From a virus (taxonomy: Duplodnaviria; Caudoviricetes), in the IMG/VR virus record IMGVR_UViG_3300033991_000020, positions 776 to 64,775 of that record: a DNA stretch of 64,000 bases, one strand, 5' to 3'. The notes beneath the pieces were generated by a model. That model worked only from the letters and a program-made list of their open reading frames with translations. It was not told the DNA's origin and ran no database searches. A program made the position numbers and the translations under genes. Below are positions 1-8,356 of the stretch, in pieces. Position 1 is the stretch's first letter. Every line of letters begins with the position of its first letter.

Positions 1-4
1 ACAC

Positions 5-286
5 ATGGAAATTTGGGATAAAAATAATGTATGCTATTCCTTACATGATTTAACAGAACTTGCACAAAAATATCATTGCCCAATTCCTATAGATATACAA
101 GTAAGGTATGCTGAATTTAAAGTATTGGAGAGACTTTCCTATTTATGGAGACGTGCAGAGAATTATTATTTGGGAACTGGTTCTGGTTGGCAGAAAGATA
201 GATTACGACGTATACAAGATTCTTTAAATTTAAATGAGAGACAAACACAATATTTAGAAGATTTATGTTATTCTATGGGAATATAA
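5..286 (+). CDS. hypothetical protein (may be truncated by window edge)
   Basis: ORF abutting the next gene; no recognisable motif. Confidence 0.5.
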   Translation: MEIWDKNNVCYSLHDLTELAQKYHCPIPIDIQVRYAEFKVLERLSYLWRRAENYYLGTGSGWQKDRLRRIQDSLNLNERQTQYLEDLCYSMGI

Positions 287-287
287 T

Positions 288-905
288 ATGGATTACAAGT
301 TAAGTGGGTTAGTTAAAACGCCACGAGTTATTGAATTAGATAAAAAAGTAGCAAATACAATGTTAAATAATTGGCATTATTTAGGAGAGGTTAGAGGTAT
401 TTTATTTGCCTATGGTCACGAAGAAGGGTGTTTAGTATTTACAAATTGTAGGTCTCGTATTTATGAAGAGAATTATAAAAAGAAAAATTTAAAAGTAATT
501 GAACTAGCTCGTATGGTTGGCAAAGATGGACATAAATGGAGCATGAGTAGTTTAACGGCAGAAACAATTAAAGAAATTAAAAAGAAGTATAATTATGATA
601 TAATTGTTACTTATTCAGACCCTTTTGCAGGACATGATGGGATGGTGTATAAAGCAAGTGGTTGGATATTTGATGGGATTATTGAGAAAGATGGCCATCC
701 TTTATTTTTTATTGATGGTAAAAGAATATCACCAAGAACATTATATGATAGGCATGGAACACAAGCAGTTGGTAAAATGAAAGAAATTTATGGTAATAGA
801 TTAGAATTAAAAGAAAAACCACTAAAGAAAAGATTTATAAAAATATTAAATAAAAAAGCAAGGAAACTTCTAAAGAAGGAGAAAATAAAGGCTGAAAATG
901 TTTGA
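288..905 (+). CDS. Mom-like GNAT-fold DNA modification protein
   Basis: WHYLG, ELARMV and TYSDPFAGHDGMVYKASGW match the Mom-family pattern (HY...EL.R...sYaD....h.G.iY.A.nw). Confidence 0.7.
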   Translation: MDYKLSGLVKTPRVIELDKKVANTMLNNWHYLGEVRGILFAYGHEEGCLVFTNCRSRIYEENYKKKNLKVIELARMVGKDGHKWSMSSLTAETIKEIKKKYNYDIIVTYSDPFAGHDGMVYKASGWIFDGIIEKDGHPLFFIDGKRISPRTLYDRHGTQAVGKMKEIYGNRLELKEKPLKKRFIKILNKKARKLLKKEKIKAENV

Positions 906-1530
906 ACTGTCTAAGATAGCAATGAAAACAATAGACCACAATACAGCAAAATTATATATAGAGAAAAATCATTATAGCCATAAAATTCCACAAGCTGTAA
1001 AATATAGGTTTGGTTTCTATTATGAAGATAAATTAGTGGGTTGTTGCATTTATTCTGTTCCAGCAAATTGTCATTGTATTTCTTGTCTTTTTGATAATGA
1101 GCCCCAACAAATTTGTATAGAGTTATCTCGTTTTTATGGAGAGGACAGTACTTGTAAAAATTTTGAAAGTTATTGTATTTCAAAAACATTTGAAGGTCTA
1201 AAAAATAAGTATGATTTAATTTTATCCTATGCTGATAGTTATTTTAAACATGTTGGAACTATTTATCAAGCTTTAAACTTTTTATATTTAGGAAAAACGG
1301 CTCCAGAAATTAGATACTTTTATAATAATCAACTAATAACAAGAAGAGCACTAGGACGTGGTAAAACAACAGAAAAAGAAGATAAAGAAAAACTATTGAA
1401 TTTGGGAGCAAAGCAAATTAAAATGCCAGGAAAACATAAATATATTTATTTTATTTGTAATAGACGAAGAAAAAAAGAATTATTAAAAAAATTAAAGTGT
1501 GAAGTTTTACCGTATCCAAAGGAAAACTAA
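898..1530 (+). CDS. Mom-like GNAT-fold DNA modification protein (second copy)
   Basis: KNHYSHK, ELSRFY, FESYCIS, SYADSYFKHVGTIYQALNFLYLG; C-terminal GKHKYIYF...LPYPK. Confidence 0.75.
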   Translation: MFELSKIAMKTIDHNTAKLYIEKNHYSHKIPQAVKYRFGFYYEDKLVGCCIYSVPANCHCISCLFDNEPQQICIELSRFYGEDSTCKNFESYCISKTFEGLKNKYDLILSYADSYFKHVGTIYQALNFLYLGKTAPEIRYFYNNQLITRRALGRGKTTEKEDKEKLLNLGAKQIKMPGKHKYIYFICNRRRKKELLKKLKCEVLPYPKEN

Positions 1531-1817
1531 TGAGTGATAATATAGCGGTTTACGAAAATGTCTTATTGCCCCTTTCTTCAAATAAAAAGGAGCGAAATGA
1601 TTTAAGTTTAGATGTTCCTGCTCAGTTGACTTTACATATAAAAGAAATGTTATTTTCAGGTTCCTGGGAAAAGATGATAAAACATATTAATGAAAAAGGA
1701 AGCCAAGCACAAAAAGATAGCGATATAAAAATTATTAACAACCTAATGAGCATAGAGAAAAAATATAATGTTGACCTATATAAACTTTTAATTAAGTGGG
1801 TTCCACAGGACGAATAA
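1530..1817 (+). CDS. hypothetical protein
   Basis: TAATG-coupled ORF; no motif. Confidence 0.6.
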   Translation: MSDNIAVYENVLLPLSSNKKERNDLSLDVPAQLTLHIKEMLFSGSWEKMIKHINEKGSQAQKDSDIKIINNLMSIEKKYNVDLYKLLIKWVPQDE

Positions 1818-1827
1818 AATATTAAAT

Positions 1828-1843
1828 TGTTCCACGTGAAACA
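1828..1843. promoter_or_regulatory. parS: parS-type centromere site (TGTTCCACGTGAAACA)
   Basis: Exact match to the bacterial parS consensus TGTTNCACGTGAAACA, in an intergenic gap just upstream of the primase RBS. Confidence 0.75.
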
Positions 1844-1857
1844 TAGAAAGGTATAGA

Positions 1858-4800
1858 ATGAAAATAAAACATTTGGATTCTTTAATGGATAAGTTACGTC
1901 CTTTTTTAACTGAGTATCTACAAGAAAATGAGACTGAATTTACCAGTACCCATTTTTCGTGTCCTCAAAGAAGTGCCCACCGTAATAATGATTATAAGCC
2001 TTCGGCAGCTTATTATCCAAATAAAGAATCTTGGAAATGTTTTGCTTGTTTTAAAGAGGGCACTCCAATTTTTACTGATAATGGTTTAGTGGATATTAAA
2101 GATATAAAAGTTGGAGATAATGTATTGTCTATGGATGGTTGTTTTCATAAGGTAATAAATACCTTTAAAAAAGAGTTTAACGGTGAATTTATTGATATTA
2201 GAGCAACTTTGCCTTATTACGTTCAACCAACCCACTATCATAATATGTATTATGTTAAAAAAGAGTCACATAATTTATATTATAGAGATTATACTATTTA
2301 TAAAGAACCAGCTAAGAATTTGGTTGTTGGGGACTATCTCATAACCCCAATTGTCAAATTTCCAAAAAATAATTTAGAAAATACTTATCTTGATTTTGAT
2401 AATAATATAACAAATGGTAAAAGAAAACTTAGAATAAAAATTGATAAAGAATTTTGTCAAGTTTTAGGCTTGTTTATTTCAGAGGGTAGTACTAATGGAG
2501 AACGAGAATCTGTTTTTTCTTTTCATAGAGATGAAAGTAATTTAATGAAGATTATAGAAAAGTTTGCTAAAAGATATGATTTATTGGCTAGAAGATACTA
2601 CAGTAAGAACTCTAAGGGAGCAAAAGTAATTATTTGTAATGCTAAGTTAGCAAAATGGTTTAAAGAAAATTGTGGTCATACTGCAAAAAATAAAAAAATA
2701 CCATCACACTTTTTATCCTTTTCTCAAGAATTTTTGAAGGAAATAATAACGTATATTTATCTAGGAGATGGTTATAGAATTTCTAAACGGCAATTTTCAA
2801 TTACAACAATATCAAAAGAACTAGCATATCAATTATATTTATTAGGAGTAATGCTTTACTGGTATCCATCTATTTATATAGACTTAGAGCATTGGGGGAA
2901 AAAAGATAATATCTTTAGACAAACTGTTTATACTACACACTTAAGAACATCAGAACTTAAGGGTTCGGGTAGATTTAGTCATAAAAATTATAAAACAGGT
3001 GGATTTTATTTAAAAATTAATAACGAAGAATACTATTGTAAAAGGATTAGAGAAATAAAAAAATCTAAAGAGAAAACAATAGTATATAATATAGAAGTAG
3101 AAGATACACATAACTATTTAGTAAATGGTGTGGTAGTTGGAAATTGTAATGAGGCGGGGGATATATTTTCCGCTTGTCACTTTATTGAGGGCCGACCTCT
3201 TACAGGACAAGGTTTTATAACCGACAATGTGTTATATCTTGCAGATAAGTTTGGTATTCCTTATGAATTAGATGAGTATACCCCAGAAGAAAAAAAGAAA
3301 GAAGAACTCTACAAAGCTCTCGAAGATACCTGTAAAATATGTAACCAGGTAATCAAAATAGATAATGAGAAAACTAAGAAAGTTAGGGAATATGTTTCTC
3401 AACGCCAGTGGGAAGATTTGGTTGATATTTTTCAGTTTGGTTATTGTAATTATGAGAAGCTTATTGAGCTATTAAAGAAGAAAGGACATGCAGAGGAAGT
3501 ATTAAAGGAAGTTGGACTTGTGCCCTCTGCTGAGGCAAAAGGAAATCAAGCAAAGTATTTGTTGGATAATCGTCTTTTATTCCCTATCAAAAATCATTAT
3601 GGCAGGACTGTTGGATTTGCAAGCCGTAGTATAGATGAAAATTCCAATGGACAAAAATATCTAAACTCACGAAACACTGTTCTATATAATAAGACAAGTG
3701 TTCTATTTAATTTAGATAAGGCGAGGCTGAATAGTGATATTTATGTTGTTGAGGGTTATGCTGATGTTTTTTCACTGTATAAACATGGAATTAAAAATGT
3801 TGTGGCTTTATGTGGGTTGAGCTTTAATGAGGAACGTTATAAGATATTAGTAAAGCAAGGGATTACTAAAATTATATTTATGCTTGACCGAGATTCTGCG
3901 GGGAAACAAGCATTAACACGCATAATTGATAAAGATATTAAAGGGCTTCAAGGCATAAATTTATTTGTAAAGGATATTCCAAGTCCTTATAAAGATGTTG
4001 ATGAGCTTTTAGTCAAGGAAGGGATTAAAGGATTTAATGAAATAAAGGAATTGAGTGTTTTTGATTGGAAATTATCTTTACTAAAAGAAGATTTGGAAAA
4101 CGAGTTCCTTAAAAATGATGTAATTAAGTTAATTGTTTTAGAAGAGGATTACACAACCAAAGAAAAACTATGCCAAAGATTAGCTAAAGTATTAGATGTT
4201 TCAAAAGAGGCTGTAAAAAAAGAAGTAGAAAAACACGATTTATTGGATAGAGGTAGGAGATTAATTACTTCTGAAGATATACAAGAAGAGGATAAATGTT
4301 TTGAACGTGTGCTTGGGGATTGGGATAGAAGCGTTTGGAACAGGAAAGGAAACCTACTTGGTTTAAAAGCCGATAAATTTCCATTATTTGTAAAAAAGAT
4401 GGATGGCATTCAAAATATGTTTTATATCCTTGCGGGTGAAACGAACCTAGGAAAAACCACAATGTTATTGAACTTGGCTATGGATTTATTGCGTTCAAAT
4501 GAAAATATTTTTATTTTATTTTTTTCTGTAGACGATAGTTTGGGGCAATTATTACCAAGAATAGTATCATTAAATACGGGAGTGCCTATTAATGCTATTG
4601 CTAATCCAAAATACAAAATTAAATTACGAGAAGACTTGTCAGAAGAAGAAAAAGAAAAACTATTAAGACTTCGTGGAGGAGAAATAGAAAAGTTAAAAAC
4701 AATGTCTGATAGATTTGCAATAAAGGAAGAATCCGAAGCAAAACGAATTGAACAATTATCAAAGTATATTAAAATTTATAAAAAAATTAGTGAAGGTAAA

Positions 4801-5247
4801 CAGTTGGTTGTTTTTATTGACAACCTGCATAGGCTTACAAGTTATAAAAAAGCTGATACTAGAGAATTGTTTATGATGATTTCGGACCAATTAAAATATT
4901 GGAAAAATCAGTATGATATTCCTGTAATAACTACAGCAGAGCTTAGAAAAACAAATAACGTCAAACGGCCTATAGGAGACGATATTAAAGAATGCGTTGA
5001 CCTTCAATTCGATGCGGATTTTATTGGACTTCTTTATGGTGATTACTACAAAAATCCTAATACAACATTAAAGTTTGTTAGAGACGTTAATTCAGAGGAT
5101 GCTTTTGGCCCTATTGTAGAGTTAAACGTTGTAAAGAATAAGACCAGTAGTTTTAAAAGTAGATTGTATTACAAATTTTATCCAGAATTGTCTAAATTTA
5201 TAGAATGTACTGAAAATGAAAGACAAGAATATTTGGTAGGTAGTTAA
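1858..5247 (+). CDS. DNA primase-helicase fusion (CHC2 Zn finger, TOPRIM, DnaB-like helicase) containing an intein
   Basis: CPQRSAH...CFA/C Zn finger; FPIKNHYGRTVGFASR, KYLNS, VVEGYADV and MLDRDSAG (DnaG/TOPRIM); GETNLGKT Walker A; FIDNLH; VVKNK. Confidence 0.92.
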   Translation: MKIKHLDSLMDKLRPFLTEYLQENETEFTSTHFSCPQRSAHRNNDYKPSAAYYPNKESWKCFACFKEGTPIFTDNGLVDIKDIKVGDNVLSMDGCFHKVINTFKKEFNGEFIDIRATLPYYVQPTHYHNMYYVKKESHNLYYRDYTIYKEPAKNLVVGDYLITPIVKFPKNNLENTYLDFDNNITNGKRKLRIKIDKEFCQVLGLFISEGSTNGERESVFSFHRDESNLMKIIEKFAKRYDLLARRYYSKNSKGAKVIICNAKLAKWFKENCGHTAKNKKIPSHFLSFSQEFLKEIITYIYLGDGYRISKRQFSITTISKELAYQLYLLGVMLYWYPSIYIDLEHWGKKDNIFRQTVYTTHLRTSELKGSGRFSHKNYKTGGFYLKINNEEYYCKRIREIKKSKEKTIVYNIEVEDTHNYLVNGVVVGNCNEAGDIFSACHFIEGRPLTGQGFITDNVLYLADKFGIPYELDEYTPEEKKKEELYKALEDTCKICNQVIKIDNEKTKKVREYVSQRQWEDLVDIFQFGYCNYEKLIELLKKKGHAEEVLKEVGLVPSAEAKGNQAKYLLDNRLLFPIKNHYGRTVGFASRSIDENSNGQKYLNSRNTVLYNKTSVLFNLDKARLNSDIYVVEGYADVFSLYKHGIKNVVALCGLSFNEERYKILVKQGITKIIFMLDRDSAGKQALTRIIDKDIKGLQGINLFVKDIPSPYKDVDELLVKEGIKGFNEIKELSVFDWKLSLLKEDLENEFLKNDVIKLIVLEEDYTTKEKLCQRLAKVLDVSKEAVKKEVEKHDLLDRGRRLITSEDIQEEDKCFERVLGDWDRSVWNRKGNLLGLKADKFPLFVKKMDGIQNMFYILAGETNLGKTTMLLNLAMDLLRSNENIFILFFSVDDSLGQLLPRIVSLNTGVPINAIANPKYKIKLREDLSEEEKEKLLRLRGGEIEKLKTMSDRFAIKEESEAKRIEQLSKYIKIYKKISEGKQLVVFIDNLHRLTSYKKADTRELFMMISDQLKYWKNQYDIPVITTAELRKTNNVKRPIGDDIKECVDLQFDADFIGLLYGDYYKNPNTTLKFVRDVNSEDAFGPIVELNVVKNKTSSFKSRLYYKFYPELSKFIECTENERQEYLVGS
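2047..3144 (+). mobile_element. intein (366 aa) with LAGLIDADG endonuclease, in the primase Zn finger
   Basis: Starts CFKEGTPIFTDNG; LGLFISEGS and IYLGDGY motifs; ends VYNIEVEDTHNYLVNGVVVGN/C; removal restores WKCFACNEAGD. Confidence 0.92.
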
Positions 5248-5297
5248 GGAGGTTATATGAACAAAAGTAATGAGTATATTAATTTGGAGGGTCAGTA

Positions 5298-6458
5298 ATG
5301 AATAAAATATTAATCCCTAAAGAAGGTAATTCAACGTTTACAATGCTTTATGTAAAAACTGGTAGTAGACAGGAACCCAATACTATTAAAGGTATATCCC
5401 ATTTTATTGAACACATGCTTTTCAAGGGGACTCGTACTCGAACAGCCAAACAAATAGCATATGATATAGAAAAATATGGTGCACAACTAAACGCTTGGAC
5501 AGATTACGAATTAACCGTTTATTGGATTAAGTCAGCAAATAAATATAAAAAAGATGCCGAAGACATATTAATGGATATGTTGCATAATTCTTTCTTTCCA
5601 CAAAAAGAAATAGATAAAGAACGAGAAGTTATTTTGCAGGAAATGAAAATGTATGAGGATGACCCACGAAGTATGGTATCAGAAATACATCAAAAAGCAT
5701 TGTTTGAGGAATCAGATGGTTTATATTTACCAATTATCGGAACAAAGCAAAGTTTGGCAAATATTGATAGAAGCACTCTCCTTGATTATTATAGAACTAA
5801 CTATAAAGATTTGACATTTGTTCAAATTGGGGATGTATCAGATTTTCGTGAAGACGTTACAAAAAGTTTAGAAACTTCAACTGTACCAACTATAAAAAAT
5901 ATTGTTGGTAGAAATGATGTTATTGTTAAGCGACCTGGAATAAGCCAAGCTAATGTTATTATAGGTAACATTATAAAACCCTATAAAAGCAGCAATCTTG
6001 ATACTATTGTTTTAACGGATTTATTAGAAGGCATTATGAATAGTATGAGTGGGAGACTTTTCTCCAGGCTAAGAGAGGAAAATAATCTATGTTATAGAGT
6101 ATATTTTGGTATGGGTATTTATAGCTGTGGTACTCCTGGTTGGTATGTTTCAATTGGTTTAGATGCCGAAAATATAAATAAAGCCTACGACCTAATCTTA
6201 GAAGAATTAACAAGAGAAATAACTCAAAAAGAAATAAATTATGCAGTAACAAAAAAGATAGGAGAAATGGCAATACAAAATGATAGTTTAAACAGCGTAG
6301 CTAATATTATTGCTTATTTAGATTTGAAAAATGTGGATTATATGGAGTATTTAAATAATTATGAAAATTTAACTAAAGCCCAAGCAGAAAATTTGCAAGA
6401 GTTTGTTAATACAATAGATTTTAAAAATAATGTAGTTACACAGTTAATTCCAGAATAG
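5298..6458 (+). CDS. M16 family zinc metallopeptidase
   Basis: GISHFIEHMLFKGT (HxxEH), LNAWT, EREVILQE, RLFSRLREENNLCY. Confidence 0.92.
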   Translation: MNKILIPKEGNSTFTMLYVKTGSRQEPNTIKGISHFIEHMLFKGTRTRTAKQIAYDIEKYGAQLNAWTDYELTVYWIKSANKYKKDAEDILMDMLHNSFFPQKEIDKEREVILQEMKMYEDDPRSMVSEIHQKALFEESDGLYLPIIGTKQSLANIDRSTLLDYYRTNYKDLTFVQIGDVSDFREDVTKSLETSTVPTIKNIVGRNDVIVKRPGISQANVIIGNIIKPYKSSNLDTIVLTDLLEGIMNSMSGRLFSRLREENNLCYRVYFGMGIYSCGTPGWYVSIGLDAENINKAYDLILEELTREITQKEINYAVTKKIGEMAIQNDSLNSVANIIAYLDLKNVDYMEYLNNYENLTKAQAENLQEFVNTIDFKNNVVTQLIPE

Positions 6459-6476
6459 GATAAGAAAGGAGAACTC

Positions 6477-6701
6477 ATGGCAGATAAGCTAAGAAGGGTA
6501 GAGGAGAGGTCAACGGTGAAAGAATTACAATCTATTATTATGCCAATAATTTGTTCCCAAATCGGAGCAAATGCCGAAACTAATAAGATAGTGGATAATT
6601 TAGCCCAAGCTATCTATGACAATTGGGGAAAGAGAGTAGATTCTTTACAAGAAGAAATAAGAGAATTACAACGTATAATAGAGGAGACTAATGATGATTA
6701 A
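6477..6701 (+). CDS. hypothetical protein
   Basis: AGGAG RBS; coiled-coil-like C-terminus. Confidence 0.6.
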   Translation: MADKLRRVEERSTVKELQSIIMPIICSQIGANAETNKIVDNLAQAIYDNWGKRVDSLQEEIRELQRIIEETNDD

Positions 6702-7806
6702 AAAATATTGGGATGAAAATAGAATAAAAATTCTTAAAGCTTATTCTGAAAATCCAAACTTGACCCAGGCAGAAATAGCAAATAAAATGAATACAACATA
6801 TGATGCGATAGACCATGCTCAGAGAAGATATGGGATTAAGCAAGTTACTGCTCCGAAAGAAGCTCCAGAAAATTTAAAGTATGTTGAAACGTATGCGGGG
6901 ATGGTTGACTATTTAAAGGAGGAGCTTTCTAAAACTGCGCCATGCCCTAAAATAGCTACTTCATCTAAGAAAGTAGGGGATACTCTTAATGTTCATATTA
7001 CCGATTGGCATGTTGGAAGAATTATTAAAGATGAACATGGGCAAACAATTTATGATGTTAATACTTTTAAACAAATGATTGATAAATTTTTATTAGAACT
7101 ATTAAAATTAGTAGATAAATATATTAGTAAAGGGACTCCCATTACAAATGTAAATATTTTGTCTACTGGAGATATTGCAGATGGTATGGGCATATTTGCT
7201 TCCCAAGAAACAGTTTCAGAATTAGCGCCACCATTTCAAGTTATGTTAGCAACACAAGTAATTCAGAAATTAATTTTATCTTTTTTAGAACGTAATCTAA
7301 TAGTTACTTTTTATGGCGTAAACGGAAATCACGGAAGCATTCGTATTAATGGGAAAAGTACAGATTTTAATGCGAATTGGGATTTAATGATTTATTTAAT
7401 GTTAGACCTATGGACAAAAACAGATAAACGAGCACACACAGTAAAAGTTAATTATTCGGAATTAGAGTATTTAAACTTTGTGAATAGGGGTTGGAACTAT
7501 CATTTAAGACACATTGCTCCAAATCAATCCGAAACTGCTGCGGGGAAAGCAAAGTTTTTAGGTTGGGCTAAAAGACATGATTTCAGTGTATTAGTTTATG
7601 GGCACTACCATCATTGGGGAGCTTGGGATAGAAGTAAGATTACGGTTATTAGGGGTGGGGCTTTGACTGCAAGTGATGAATTTTCTGAAACCTTAGCAGA
7701 GGAAAGTGAACCTGTGCAGTTGGTTTGGGGATGTAATGAGCATAGACCAGTTACATTCTTATATCCATTGGACTTGGGCCAAAAAGAGAAAAGAAAACCA
7801 AATTAA
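6691..7806 (+). CDS. HTH-fused calcineurin-like metallophosphoesterase
   Basis: N-terminal LTQAEIANKMN HTH; TDWHVG, GDIADG, GNHG and GHYHH motifs. Confidence 0.8.
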   Translation: MMIKKYWDENRIKILKAYSENPNLTQAEIANKMNTTYDAIDHAQRRYGIKQVTAPKEAPENLKYVETYAGMVDYLKEELSKTAPCPKIATSSKKVGDTLNVHITDWHVGRIIKDEHGQTIYDVNTFKQMIDKFLLELLKLVDKYISKGTPITNVNILSTGDIADGMGIFASQETVSELAPPFQVMLATQVIQKLILSFLERNLIVTFYGVNGNHGSIRINGKSTDFNANWDLMIYLMLDLWTKTDKRAHTVKVNYSELEYLNFVNRGWNYHLRHIAPNQSETAAGKAKFLGWAKRHDFSVLVYGHYHHWGAWDRSKITVIRGGALTASDEFSETLAEESEPVQLVWGCNEHRPVTFLYPLDLGQKEKRKPN

Positions 7807-7807
7807 A

Positions 7808-8005
7808 ATGGATATATCAGAATTATCTCTTATGAAGAAATGTTTAAATAAATCCGAAGAATGTGAAAAAGTAGGAGATACTGTTGGTACAAATCATTGG
7901 CTTGAACTGGCTGTAAAGGTTGAGATTTATTATTCTAAACAAGATTATAAAACAGCAGACGAATATTACAAGGATAAAAAATGGAACAACTTAAAGAAAT
8001 ATTAG
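7808..8005 (+). CDS. hypothetical protein (start moved to ATG 7808)
   Basis: ATG directly after the upstream stop. Confidence 0.55.
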   Translation: MDISELSLMKKCLNKSEECEKVGDTVGTNHWLELAVKVEIYYSKQDYKTADEYYKDKKWNNLKKY

Positions 8006-8343
8006 GATTAATTCTAATTGTATCGGGATTGTGCAATGGGATTAGATACTATTGGAGCGCCTCCTCTATTCGTAAAGCTGGAACAGCAAAAGGTCATTCA
8101 AGAAAATCTATGAATACAGGAATAGCGGATGATTTTATTAGATTTTTATATGGCATTGCTGCTCAAGACTTATTTATTATTATGTCCGCTTTTATATGTT
8201 TATTGTTCATGGTATATAAGTGGTATATAATTTACTTACTGTATCCCTATAAGAAAAGAGGGCTTGTAAACTTCCATAGGCCAGGTTTATGGAAATATTT
8301 TATAAATTCATTAGTTCCAAACCATAAAAGGCCCAGATTGTAA
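7981..8343 (+). CDS. PQ-loop/SemiSWEET-like small membrane protein
   Basis: About 3 hydrophobic segments; IRKAGTAKGHS...LYG...D pattern resembles a PQ-loop repeat. Confidence 0.5.
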   Translation: MEQLKEILGLILIVSGLCNGIRYYWSASSIRKAGTAKGHSRKSMNTGIADDFIRFLYGIAAQDLFIIMSAFICLLFMVYKWYIIYLLYPYKKRGLVNFHRPGLWKYFINSLVPNHKRPRL

Positions 8344-8356
8344 AAGGAGACTTTAA

